From Thermodesulfobium acidiphilum (GTDB lineage: Bacteria; Thermodesulfobiota; Thermodesulfobiia; Thermodesulfobiales; Thermodesulfobiaceae): a DNA stretch of 64,000 nucleotides. Below, one piece after another: positions 39,982-50,306 of the stretch. Location of the stretch: positions 1,166,916 through 1,230,915 of the forward strand of contig NZ_CP020921.1 in the NCBI RefSeq assembly GCF_003057965.1. The letters run 5' to 3'. Below the pieces are notes generated by a model that did not search any database, was not told the DNA's origin, and saw nothing but the letters and a program-made list of their open reading frames with translations. A program made the translations under genes and the position numbers. The stretch's first letter is position 1, and each line of letters starts with the position of its first letter.

Positions 39982-41868
39982 TTATTCTTCTAACGTAGAT
40001 AGATCGCCGACTGGTTGACCTAATTCTTGAGCACGTAGAACTCTTCTCATAATCTTACCCGATCTTGTCTTAGGTAATGATTCCACAAATTGAATTTCTG
40101 CTGGCTTTGCAATAGGCCCCAATTCATGTCCTACGTGATTTTTCAGCTCTTGTGCAAGTTTCTCAGAAGGTTCATAACCAAATTTTAATATTACAAAAAC
40201 CTTTATAATATTACCTTTCAAGGGATCTGGTTTTCCTATAGCTGCAGCTTCAGCTACAGCGGGATGAGATACCAAAGCACTTTCTATCTCTGCAGTACCC
40301 AATCTATATCCTGCAACCTTTATTACATCGTCTACTCTACCAATTATCCATATATAACCATCTTCGTCTTTTTTGGCTGAGTCCCCAGCAAAATAAACAC
40401 CAGGAAATCTGCTCCAATATTGCTGCTTGTATCTTTCAGGATCTTTATAAACTGTTTGAAGCATTGCAGGCCATGGAGTTTTGATAACTAGAAAACCCTC
40501 TTCACCAGGTTTCACGCTTTCTCCTTCTTCATCAACAACATCTACTATAATACCAGGAAATGGTTTAGATGCCGATCCTGGCTTCAACGGAGTGCAAGGT
40601 AAAGGAGTCACAATATGCATTCCAGTTTCAGTTTGCCACCATGTATCCATTATTGGACATCTTTCCTGACCTATTACTTTATAAAACCAAAGCCATGCTT
40701 CAGGGTTTATTGGCTCTCCTACACTCCCCAGTATTCTTAAAGTAGATAAATCTCTTCTATTCACCCAGGAAGATCCATATCTCATTAAGCTTCTGATAGC
40801 AGTAGGAGCAGTATAAAAGATAGTTACGTTATGTCTTTCAACTATAGACCACCATCTATCAGGTAAAGGATAAGTAGGAGCACCCTCATACATTACAGTA
40901 GTCGCACCGTTAAGAAGGGGGCCATATACCACATAACTGTGTCCTGTAACCCATCCTGAATCAGCAGTACACCAATGTGTATCTTCTTCTTTCATGTCAA
41001 AGACCCACTTGGTAGTTATATATGTTCCTACCATATATCCACCGTGTGAATGAACTACTCCTTTTGGCTTTCCTGTAGTTCCAGATGTATACAATATAAA
41101 TAAAGGATCAGTTGCATCCATAACCTCAGCTTCACACTTTGGAGAAGCTATAGGAAGAGCCATTAATTCGTGATACCACAGATCTCTTCCAGGAGTCATG
41201 TCCACATCCGCACAAGTTCTCTTAACCACAATTACAGAGATTATGCTCGGGCATTTAGAAACAGCCTCATCTACAATATTCTTTAGGGGTACGACTTTCC
41301 CGTTATAAAATCCTCCATCAGCGGTAACAACTATTTTTGACTCTGCATCATTGATTCTATCCCTCAAAGCTTCAACGCTGAATCCCGCATAGACCAAAGT
41401 ATGGATAGCACCAATTTTTGCAGCGGCAAGCATTGCAATCATCTGCTCTGGGATTCTTGGCAGATATATGCTTACCCTATCTCCCTTTTGGACTCCCATG
41501 GCCTTTAAAACATTGGCAAACCTATTCACTTCTCTCTGTAATTGAAGGTATGTATATGTTCTAACTTCAGAGTTTTCTCCTTCCCATATGAGAGCTAGTT
41601 TATTCCTCCTCCAGGTATTTACGTGTCTATCCAGCGCATTATAGGCAATATTGGTTTTGCCACCTACAAACCACTTTGCAAATGGATATTCCCACTCTAA
41701 AACTTTATCCCATGGTTTAAACCAGCTCAATTCTGAGGCAATTACAGACCAAAATGACTCCGGATGTTCTGCAGCATACTGATAAATCTCATCATAGTTT
41801 TTGACATGTAATTTGGATTTTAATTCCTCAGAAGGATAAAAAAACTCCCCGTTGTGATTTGTGGACAT
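39982..41868 (-). CDS. acs: Acetate--CoA ligase
   Basis: [47 protein letters not shown]. Confidence 0.97.
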   Translation of the reverse strand: MSTNHNGEFFYPSEELKSKLHVKNYDEIYQYAAEHPESFWSVIASELSWFKPWDKVLEWEYPFAKWFVGGKTNIAYNALDRHVNTWRRNKLALIWEGENSEVRTYTYLQLQREVNRFANVLKAMGVQKGDRVSIYLPRIPEQMIAMLAAAKIGAIHTLVYAGFSVEALRDRINDAESKIVVTADGGFYNGKVVPLKNIVDEAVSKCPSIISVIVVKRTCADVDMTPGRDLWYHELMALPIASPKCEAEVMDATDPLFILYTSGTTGKPKGVVHSHGGYMVGTYITTKWVFDMKEEDTHWCTADSGWVTGHSYVVYGPLLNGATTVMYEGAPTYPLPDRWWSIVERHNVTIFYTAPTAIRSLMRYGSSWVNRRDLSTLRILGSVGEPINPEAWLWFYKVIGQERCPIMDTWWQTETGMHIVTPLPCTPLKPGSASKPFPGIIVDVVDEEGESVKPGEEGFLVIKTPWPAMLQTVYKDPERYKQQYWSRFPGVYFAGDSAKKDEDGYIWIIGRVDDVIKVAGYRLGTAEIESALVSHPAVAEAAAIGKPDPLKGNIIKVFVILKFGYEPSEKLAQELKNHVGHELGPIAKPAEIQFVESLPKTRSGKIMRRVLRAQELGQPVGDLSTLEE

Positions 41869-41901
41869 CTTTCTCCTCCTTTAAATTGTTAGAATTGTTT
41901 G

Positions 41902-41934
41902 AATATTGTAACAATATTATTTTTACTTTGTCAA
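41902..41934 (-). promoter_or_regulatory. acs promoter with an overlapping palindromic operator
   Basis: TTGACA(41934-41929)-18 nt-TACAAT with TG extension; AATATTGT-A-ACAATATT at 41902-41918 covers the -10. Confidence 0.6.
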
Positions 41935-42715
41935 ACTTTGGGATTTATTTTATGATTTAAATTTTTTATTAGGTATACTAGTTAAAAGGAAAAAATAGAT
42001 AAATTTTAACATTATTTATAAGTATTCCAGGACTTTATGCCACCTGTTTAATCGTTGAAACTATCTTTACAAGTTAATAAAAGCCAGCATTCCAATAAAA
42101 GAGTCATTTATAAACTATTTATTATACTGCATTTATACACTGCAAACAATACAAATGCAGCTAAAGAAGGGTCATAATAATAAACACGTATCGAGAAATC
42201 CTAAGAATAAATGTCTTGGATCCAAATGAACGTAACATTGCCCTTAGTTAGAGTGTTTCCAGTAAAATGGTTGCTATAGACAATTTACAAGCCTAATTAA
42301 GGCCTTATACTACCTCAACTCTCAATACTCTTTGGAAAGGGATTGAAAAAATATTTAGATTTAGTGATAAAGTAATGAAGATGGAATTAACACAAGAATG
42401 TGAACAATTCCTAAAGAAATATTTTTAAAACTCGTTACTTTAGTTAGAAAAATAGAACATAAATTTTGTATGATTTTAAAAGATTACAATATTGAGAAGA
42501 TCTTTTTCAGACAAAAATATAAATTTTGAAGAATTTTTTGAAAGATTTATAATGAAAATGATTAAATATAGGGCCATGTTTACTCAAAGAACTTTCAGAT
42601 ATATTTGATGCTAAGAATGAGGACTTTGATAATATTATTACAAGGATAATTAATTAAGAAAAGGCTTTTAAGAAAATATTTGATGGTAGAAATTTAAAAC
42701 TGCAAGGAGCTAATA

Positions 42716-43975
42716 GTGCAACAAGCGAATATAGATTATAAAAAAGAATCAAAGAAAGTAATAAATAAATTACTTATAGCCTCAACTTTTATAAATTTAG
42801 CACTAATGATTATTAAGTATGTGCTTGGCAGATGGATTGGAAACATTGCCTTACAGGCAGATGCGCTTCACTCTAGCCTTGATGTGCTCTCCAGTATAAT
42901 TGTTTTTAGCGCTATGTTCTTTTCTTATAAAAAAAGCGAGAAATTTCCATTTGGCTTGTACAAGTTAGAAAATATAGCATCAGGGTTCGTGTCGCTACTT
43001 ATTATATTGACTGCATTTGAGATTGGCTATAACCTATTTGAAAAATATAAACCAGCACACACAAGTGTTTTAAATAATCAACTAATTGTTGCAGGTATAC
43101 TATTTTTTGTGATTATTTTAATGTATTTATACAGTAAATATGAGAAAAAAATAGGTATACAATACTCATCAAGTGGTTTGATTTCTGATGCTGAACATAT
43201 AAAAAGTGATTTATTTTCAATTTTTATAATAATTTGTAGCATAATCTTTTCAATTTTCGGTTTGGATATTGATAAATATGTAGCTATTGTAATTGTGATT
43301 ATAATATTGCATTCTGGTTTTGAACTATTAAAAAATTCCACGCTTGCGTTGCTTGATATAAATGTCGATAAAAAGACAATAGATGCTATAAAACAGGAAA
43401 TTTCTCAATTTGAACATGTAAATGAGATAACTTCCATTAAAGGTAGGAAAAGCGGGCGCTTTATGCTTTTAGAAATTATTGTAAAGCTTGATATGGCAAG
43501 TTTCGAAGAAGCACATAAATTATCAAGTCAAATAGAACAGCGTATTTATGAAAAATTTCCAAATGTTGATAATGTTATAGTTCACTATGAACCAATTAAA
43601 AAAGAGATTATAAAAATATGCATACCTCAAACAAAATACGACCAGATATCAGAACATTTCGGCAACAGCAGTTCTTTTCTGATTATAGATTATGATTTGT
43701 CAAAACAAAAAATTTTAAATAAACAGCAAAAACCAAACGATTTTTTAGAGTTAAAGGAAAAAAAGGGTATTCAAACTGCTTTATATTTAGTAAAAGAGGG
43801 CGTGGATATTATTGTAACTACAAAACATATTGAAAATACGGGCCCATATTTTGTTTTTAAAACACACAACAAAAAATTCTATATAGTTGATAATGTGCAA
43901 ATTGACAACCTAGAAGAATTATTAAAAAAGATTTCAAATAAAATATATGTAAAACAAATGGTGGAGAAAACATAG
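42716..43975 (+). CDS. Cation diffusion facilitator fused to a NifB/NifX-like domain
   Basis: ADALHS..D, FPFG..K.E, DAEH..SD, H.EP; C-terminal ISEHFG.S..F.I.D; GGAG SD before GTG. Confidence 0.88.
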   Translation: MQQANIDYKKESKKVINKLLIASTFINLALMIIKYVLGRWIGNIALQADALHSSLDVLSSIIVFSAMFFSYKKSEKFPFGLYKLENIASGFVSLLIILTAFEIGYNLFEKYKPAHTSVLNNQLIVAGILFFVIILMYLYSKYEKKIGIQYSSSGLISDAEHIKSDLFSIFIIICSIIFSIFGLDIDKYVAIVIVIIILHSGFELLKNSTLALLDINVDKKTIDAIKQEISQFEHVNEITSIKGRKSGRFMLLEIIVKLDMASFEEAHKLSSQIEQRIYEKFPNVDNVIVHYEPIKKEIIKICIPQTKYDQISEHFGNSSSFLIIDYDLSKQKILNKQQKPNDFLELKEKKGIQTALYLVKEGVDIIVTTKHIENTGPYFVFKTHNKKFYIVDNVQIDNLEELLKKISNKIYVKQMVEKT

Positions 43976-43977
43976 GT

Positions 43978-44130
43978 ATGATTATTATTGGGAGCAATCC
44001 TACGAGTTTTGCAATGAAATAAGCTATCAAAGAATATTTAGGTGGTTTAAATTCCCCCATAGAAGATATAGGTACTTTTAATAAAGATTCAGTTAATTAT
44101 TTCAATTTTGCAAAAAAGTTGCAAAAAAAA
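43978..44130 (+). pseudogene. rpiB: Ribose-5-phosphate isomerase B (RpiB/LacAB) 5' remnant
   Basis: MIIIGSNPTSFAMK*AIKEYL...EDIGTFNKDSVNYFNFAKKL resembles the RpiB N-terminus; TAA at 44020-44022; rest missing. Confidence 0.7.
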
Positions 44131-44368
44131 CAGGATCATTTACTATATATATGTCAAACCTGAGCGAAAATGTGCAAAATATTTCATCTTTTTAGAAAGT
44201 CTGACCCCAGTTATAAATTTTAGTGAGCAGGAAACTCAAAAGTTACTTAACGACAAATATGTGCAAAAATGCGTATATACAATGATTGACATTAATTCTT
44301 TAAGAAAGTATTAAGGTAAAGATATGTATTATCTATAAACGATATACATGTTAAATATTTCAGATAAT

Positions 44369-44707
44369 TTAAAACTTATTTAGCCAAAAGCTAAAATCTC
44401 TATCAGGCACAAAAATATCAAGACCTACTGAAGGTTCGTCTAACACGTTTATACGGTATGTATTTCGTTTGGCTCTATATATACACAATCATTTTCTGAT
44501 AGCACAATTTCGTTATCCTGGTTTTTTACAAACATTTTTCTTTGTTAACACGACTAAAATTTGAGCACTAGGGTGAAACTGTTCAAGAGAAGAATGATGG
44601 TGGGGGAGGCTTAACAAAATACTCTATCGATATTGATTCTTCATTGCAAAGACTTGCACGCTTCCAATCCTTATTGAGGTTCGTAGCTTTGTGCCGATTT
44701 AAAAAAT
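44369..44707 (-). pseudogene. Cupin-domain protein pseudogene
   Basis: Across frameshifts: FFKSAQSYEP/WKRASLCNEESISIEYFVKPP/HHSS..FHPSAQILVVL/MFVKN..EIVLSENDCVYIEPNEIHTV/NVLDEPSVGLDIFVP.RDFSFWLNKF*; GAGGT SD but no ATG. Confidence 0.7.
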
Positions 44708-44827
44708 TGTTTACCTCTATCGTGTCTTACTTTTTAAGCATATTGAACATAAAGATAATATAATTTAAGATATATAAATATTTAATTGATTTGTTTAGAA
44801 CAAATAAATTTGGGAGGTAAAGATCAA

Positions 44828-46120
44828 ATGGAGGCTGATCAAAAAAAGATTAATCCATGGAATGTCTATCCAGGCGCATTTATTGGCTGGATGGTGGACG
44901 GCTTTGATCTAAGTATGATGTTCTTGTTAATACCTATTCTTGCACCTCAGTTTTTTCCAAAGAGTTCAGCAATAGCCATTATCGGAGTATGGAGCATTTA
45001 TACCATTACACTGGTTTTTAGACCTTTAGGTGGAATACTTTTCGGTATTCTTGGCGACAAAATTGGCAGAAGAAAGGCGATATTTGCTGCAGTAGCTGGA
45101 TTAGGGCTTTCTGTGTTTCTTACAGGATTCTTGCCAAATTATCATACTATAGGCGTTTGGGCTCCAATTTTACTAACATTTCTAAGGGTATTGACTGGCA
45201 TATTTGCAGGAGGAGAATACAGCAATAGCGCAGTTATCATAGTAGAATCTGCAGAAAAAGATAAAAGAGGTCGTTGGGGAGGAGCAATACAGGCTGGATA
45301 TGCAGTAGGTTTCTTGGTTGCAGCTATATTATTTTTATTTTTACACTACGCAATTCCAAAAGAGAGCTTTGCAAATTATGGCTGGAGATGGATGTTCTGG
45401 TCTTCAATATTCTTAACAGTCATTGCACTTCTTGTTGTAAAGTACAGAATGATAGAGTCTGCAAAATGGGAAAAGGCGAAAGAAGAGGGAAAAACTAAGA
45501 AAATGCCTTTAACTGAAATTTTAAAAAATGGTGAAACTTTGAAAGAGGTTCTTACAGGAATTCTTTTTATGGTCGGAATGTCCTGGATTTATGGTTTAAC
45601 TCTTGGGTTTTTCCCTACCGTTTTGGCATTAGGAAAACAATTTGTTTTTCCGCAAACGCTATATGTAGTAATAATAGCGCTAACTGCAGCTGTAATTGGA
45701 TATCTTTCTTCTGGTTTTGTGAGTGATTATATCGGAAGAAGGAAAACTGTCATAACATTTTCCTTGATAGCAATCATAATTTCATTATTTGCTACTCAGA
45801 TAATCTCAAAAACAACTAACTTTACATATTGTGCTGTATTTGCAAGTATATTAGGATTTTTTTCTGCTGGGTTATATGGAGTCACGCCTACTTATCTGTC
45901 TGAAAGGTTCTCCACACATGTTAGAAGTACCGCAGTAGGCATCTCGTTTAACTTTGGATTTATCTTCGGAAATTGGGGAACGGCAATACTCTTAGTGTTT
46001 ACTAAAATTTCTTCTTCTAATTTCCCAAATATGTGGAGCGCGTTTATAATATTTGGAGAAGTTTTGGTTATGCTTTCAGCTTTGCTGTCAAAGGAGACAA
46101 AAGATATTGAATTGCATTAA
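44828..46120 (+). CDS. MFS transporter (organic acid/metabolite type)
   Basis: DGFD, RPLGGILFG.LGDKIGRR, GGEY, SDYIGRR, SERF.T.VRST; GGAGG SD. Confidence 0.92.
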   Translation: MEADQKKINPWNVYPGAFIGWMVDGFDLSMMFLLIPILAPQFFPKSSAIAIIGVWSIYTITLVFRPLGGILFGILGDKIGRRKAIFAAVAGLGLSVFLTGFLPNYHTIGVWAPILLTFLRVLTGIFAGGEYSNSAVIIVESAEKDKRGRWGGAIQAGYAVGFLVAAILFLFLHYAIPKESFANYGWRWMFWSSIFLTVIALLVVKYRMIESAKWEKAKEEGKTKKMPLTEILKNGETLKEVLTGILFMVGMSWIYGLTLGFFPTVLALGKQFVFPQTLYVVIIALTAAVIGYLSSGFVSDYIGRRKTVITFSLIAIIISLFATQIISKTTNFTYCAVFASILGFFSAGLYGVTPTYLSERFSTHVRSTAVGISFNFGFIFGNWGTAILLVFTKISSSNFPNMWSAFIIFGEVLVMLSALLSKETKDIELH

Positions 46121-46150
46121 TCTAATTTAAGATATTATATTTAAGATATT

Positions 46151-47527
46151 ATGGACTACGACGTTATAGTAGTTGGAGGCGGAAATGCAGGCCTTTGTGC
46201 TGCAATGAGTGCTACAGAAAACGGCGCAATGGTATTGCTATTGGAAAGATCCCCAATATTTTACAGAGGGGGGAATAGCCGTCATACCAGAGATATCAGA
46301 TATGCTCACGATAAACCAAACTCATACACCGTTGGCTCATACACAGTAGAAAACTTCTACAATGATATACTCGAAGTAACAAAGGGCGAGACGAATAAAG
46401 AATTGGCTAAATTTTGTGTAGAGAAATCCCAAGACATCATCTTCTGGATGCAAAATCACGGGTGTAAATTTCAGCCTATCATAAAAGGCGCTCTGCACTT
46501 AGCTAACAGCGTGGCATTTTTCTCTGGCGGTGGCAAGTCTATGATTAATAACTACTATCACTATTGCCAAAAAGTTGGTGTGAAAGTTATTTATGATGCA
46601 TTTGTAGTTGATTTGAAGTTCAAAAACAAAAAATTTTACTCAGTCGTAGTCAACTACAAACATAGCCTTCATGAAATAACCGCTAAAAGCTTAGTCCTCG
46701 CATGTGGTGGCTTTCAGAGCAATATTGAACAATTGAAAGAAATTTGGGGAGATCCAGCAAAAAATCTAATAATCAGAGGAACTCCATACGATGAAGGAAA
46801 CATATTCCAAATTTTAGTAGAAAATAATGCAATGCCTATTGGAGATCCAAAAAATGCCCATATGTTGGCATTAGACGCAAGAGCACCAAAATTTGATGGT
46901 GGCATAGTAACCAGGTTAGACTGCATACCTTTTGGCATAGTTGTAAACAAGAATGCTGAAAGATTTTACGATGAAGGAGAAAATATATGGCCCAAGAGAT
47001 ATGCAATTTGGGGGCATATATTAATCAACCAACCTGATCAGATAGGATATGTAATTTTTGATTCTAAGGTAGTAAATCTTTTTATGCCGTCCGCTTTTCC
47101 TGCGCTCAAAGCCGATTCTTTAAAAGAGCTCTCCAAAAAGGTTAACCTTGATTCTGAAAATTTAATAAAAACCATAGAAAATTACAACAATCATTTGTCT
47201 TTAGGAGAATTCGATCCATCTATCTTAGACAGTTGTAAAACTGTTGATTTAGAACCTCCCAAGAGTCATTGGGCGCTGCCTATCGATAAGCCACCATTTT
47301 ATGCCTATCCGCTAAGACCTGGCATTACTTTTACTTACTTATCAGTTAAAGTAAACAGAAATGCGCAGGTTTTGACAAACAATGAGGAACCTTTCGAAAA
47401 TGTTTTCGCTGCTGGAGAGATTATGTCTGGGAACATATTGAGCAAGGGATATATGGCAGGAACAGGTTTGACTATTGGTACTGTTTTTGGTATTACGGCT
47501 GGGAGAGAGGCTGCAAATGTTCGATAA
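46151..47527 (+). CDS. tcuA: FAD-dependent tricarballylate dehydrogenase
   Basis: GGGNAGLCAA, RGGNSRHTR, IRGTPY, DARAPKFDGGIVTRLDCIPFGIVVN, WPKRYAIWG, RPGITFTY, AAGEIM.GNIL. Confidence 0.9.
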   Translation: MDYDVIVVGGGNAGLCAAMSATENGAMVLLLERSPIFYRGGNSRHTRDIRYAHDKPNSYTVGSYTVENFYNDILEVTKGETNKELAKFCVEKSQDIIFWMQNHGCKFQPIIKGALHLANSVAFFSGGGKSMINNYYHYCQKVGVKVIYDAFVVDLKFKNKKFYSVVVNYKHSLHEITAKSLVLACGGFQSNIEQLKEIWGDPAKNLIIRGTPYDEGNIFQILVENNAMPIGDPKNAHMLALDARAPKFDGGIVTRLDCIPFGIVVNKNAERFYDEGENIWPKRYAIWGHILINQPDQIGYVIFDSKVVNLFMPSAFPALKADSLKELSKKVNLDSENLIKTIENYNNHLSLGEFDPSILDSCKTVDLEPPKSHWALPIDKPPFYAYPLRPGITFTYLSVKVNRNAQVLTNNEEPFENVFAAGEIMSGNILSKGYMAGTGLTIGTVFGITAGREAANVR

Positions 47528-48608
47528 AAATTTTGAGGATGCAAGATTTTCACTAAATATTTGCAACGCATGCAGATATTGCGAAAACATTTGCCCTGTT
47601 TTCAAAGCGATAGAATTGAGGAGAACCTTTTCTGACAATGATATAATCTATTTGGCAAATCTTTGCCACGACTGTAGGGGTTGCTACTACGCATGCCAAT
47701 ACGCTCCACCCCATACTTTTGATATAAACATCCCAAAAATTTTTGGAACATTGAGGCTAGAAACCTATAAAAATTATAGAAATTCAAAATTCTCAAAAGA
47801 TATCGTTGATAAGCCGCATCTTTTTAGCATTGCTACTTTTATAGTTTCATTTCTTTTTTATACTATCTCGTCAATAATCAATACGGGAAAATTGAGTTTA
47901 ATGGGCATCGTTGATCAAAATGATTCATTTTATAGTATTTTACCTGAAAATTTTTTAATTATCACAATGTTTATTCCATTCGCCATATCATTAACCATCT
48001 ATATAAAAAACTTGATTGACTATTGCGATTATATTGGTATAAAAAAAGGCGATTTCCTTAAACTCTTTAACCATATTAGATCATTAAAGAGTTTGGTTTT
48101 ATTAGAATTCCTTGATGGAGGAGGCTATGGTTGCAATTATCCGGGTGAAGAATACAGCTTTTCAAGAAGGATTTACCACCAATTTGTATTGTTTGGATTC
48201 AAAATAACTTTCATATCTACTTTAATAGCTGCATTTATGAGTCATATTTTAAACATTTCGCCGCCATATACTTTTACCAGCCTGCCAGTAATATTTGGCT
48301 CTATTGGTGGAGCATTATTGCTTTTAGGACTAACTGGACTGCTATATTTAAGAACTAAAATGGATAGGATACCTTATAGCGAGAATGTAAGCTCGATGGA
48401 CATTAATTTCATAATTATATTATTACTGTCCGTTCTAACTGGCTTTCTAGTTTTACTTTTCAGATCTACAACATTTATGCCTATTTTATTGATAATTCAT
48501 TTAAGCATCGTCATAACCTTCTTTATAACGCTCCCCTTTAGTAAATTGCAGCATGCTGTCTTCAGGTATGTATCAATATATAAGTTTTTTTCTGAAATAA
48601 ATAAATAA
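47517..48608 (+). CDS. tcuB: Tricarballylate utilisation 4Fe-4S membrane protein
   Basis: ICNACRYCE..C.VF, LANLCH.C..CYY.CQYAPPH.F, GGG.GC, SK..H. Confidence 0.9.
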   Translation: MFDKNFEDARFSLNICNACRYCENICPVFKAIELRRTFSDNDIIYLANLCHDCRGCYYACQYAPPHTFDINIPKIFGTLRLETYKNYRNSKFSKDIVDKPHLFSIATFIVSFLFYTISSIINTGKLSLMGIVDQNDSFYSILPENFLIITMFIPFAISLTIYIKNLIDYCDYIGIKKGDFLKLFNHIRSLKSLVLLEFLDGGGYGCNYPGEEYSFSRRIYHQFVLFGFKITFISTLIAAFMSHILNISPPYTFTSLPVIFGSIGGALLLLGLTGLLYLRTKMDRIPYSENVSSMDINFIIILLLSVLTGFLVLLFRSTTFMPILLIIHLSIVITFFITLPFSKLQHAVFRYVSIYKFFSEINK

Positions 48609-48754
48609 ATAGCTACATAGACCTAACTAATAAACAAGAAAAAAATTTACCATTTTTTCCCTTTCAGAAGACTAGTGAAAGATAAATATATACTAACCGT
48701 TATAGAAGCACACAATTGTACCCATTTTCTTCTCTAAAGAAAAAAAACAAAAAA

Positions 48755-50137
48755 TCACTTAATTTCCTCCAACTTCCTGCCAGTGCTTTTTGGCCCAAGA
48801 AAATATAGATCTAACACAAGAATTATTATAAAAAGCCACAAAACTAAAAAGGCTCCACCTATGCCATATTCCTTATAAATAACCGTTCCAATAAAAGTTG
48901 GCAAGATTGCTGAACTTAATCTGCTTAAAGCATAAGAGGTTCCCGTAGCACTAGCCCTGATCTGGGTTGGAAAAATTTCTGCATTATATTGGTGATAGAA
49001 GTTTGACATATTCCATAAAGAAAATGTTGTTAGAAAACCCATAAACAATGCTAAATAAATGTTTCCTGAAAATGCGAACAAGACCCCAAATATCCCTACG
49101 GCAATAATAGATATTATTAACCCATATTTACGTTCGACCTTATCTATTATAAAAACATTAAATATACTTCCAATTAAAAAGCCCGAATACACTACAAAAG
49201 TAAAAGCAAATATTTGATTAAGGTTTATTCCTCTGCTTCCCAAAAATAATGGCACCAATGCAGCAAAGCCATAAAAAAGAGCAGATTGGAAAAACATAAA
49301 AATAAACATCATAATTGTTTTTTCTACTATACCAGGTTTAAACAGATCAAAGTATCTTGACTTTTCTTCTTTGGCTTCAGCCCTTATCTCTGGTTCTGGC
49401 AAAGAATTTAAATTTTTCTCTTTCATAATATTGTTTTCAATCTTCGTTAAAATTTCATCTGCTTCTTTATATTTACCCTTACTAACCAGCCACCTTGGAG
49501 ATTCAATCATCTTGAACCTTGTAACCCAAACTACCAGTGCGCCAATACCTGCAAACAGAAGAAAAATTCTCCAAGCATCATGCGGCATATTTTTTTCTAA
49601 AATTGTTGCAAGCAGAGCGCCAATAGGAGCAGATGTTACAACAACTGTATAAGCTAGAGCAAGCCTTTTGCCTCTTGTCTTTCTTGGCATAACTTCGCTT
49701 ATAAATGTATCCATTAAAACGCCTTCAGCGCCTATCCCCATTCCCGCAATAAATATTAGTATTAAGATAATGTTAAGGTCATCAAGAAATGCAGCAACAA
49801 TTAAAGGAATGCCAAATATTAACAAATTGAAAAAATACATTGTTCTCCTACCAAAAATGTCAGCAAGTCTCCCAAGTATAATGGCCCCAAAGAGCATGCC
49901 AAAAAAGGCATAAGAAATCAGTATTATAGGGCCCTTTCCTGATGGATAACCAAAACCAATACCGATCAGCGCCACAAGAATACCTAAACCCAACAAAATT
50001 AGAGTATCAAACCATTCCCCAGCAGTTATCATCCACAAAAAATTCCAATGAAAGCTACCCATAGGAAGCCTTTCAAGCCTAGCAGCGATACTTGATTTCG
50101 AATTTTTTTCTTCTAGTTTCACTTTGTCTTCCCCCAT
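48755..50137 (-). CDS. MFS transporter (sugar-porter/niacin-like)
   Basis: ARLERLP, GRLADIFGRR, E..P...RG, ESPRWL, EIFPTQIRA. Confidence 0.92.
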   Translation of the reverse strand: MGEDKVKLEEKNSKSSIAARLERLPMGSFHWNFLWMITAGEWFDTLILLGLGILVALIGIGFGYPSGKGPIILISYAFFGMLFGAIILGRLADIFGRRTMYFFNLLIFGIPLIVAAFLDDLNIILILIFIAGMGIGAEGVLMDTFISEVMPRKTRGKRLALAYTVVVTSAPIGALLATILEKNMPHDAWRIFLLFAGIGALVVWVTRFKMIESPRWLVSKGKYKEADEILTKIENNIMKEKNLNSLPEPEIRAEAKEEKSRYFDLFKPGIVEKTIMMFIFMFFQSALFYGFAALVPLFLGSRGINLNQIFAFTFVVYSGFLIGSIFNVFIIDKVERKYGLIISIIAVGIFGVLFAFSGNIYLALFMGFLTTFSLWNMSNFYHQYNAEIFPTQIRASATGTSYALSRLSSAILPTFIGTVIYKEYGIGGAFLVLWLFIIILVLDLYFLGPKSTGRKLEEIK

Positions 50138-50306
50138 TTTAACCTCCTTAAATTGTTAAATAAAAATATTTAAAAAACCTATTAATCACCTTTCATTTTA
50201 AATCTAAAATTTGTCTTGTCAACAAAAAACCTACAACTCATAATAAGAAAATAAACGATTAAAGATAAAAGTTGTTGATTTAAATAATTTAAAAAGAAAT
50301 TGAAAC

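Noticed and set aside
42246..42270. TAGAGTGTTTCC as an IS terminal inverted repeat
   Set aside because: No partner repeat or transposase fragment found
44108..44314. 68-aa ORF after the rpiB remnant
   Set aside because: No SD or recognisable motif; likely debris
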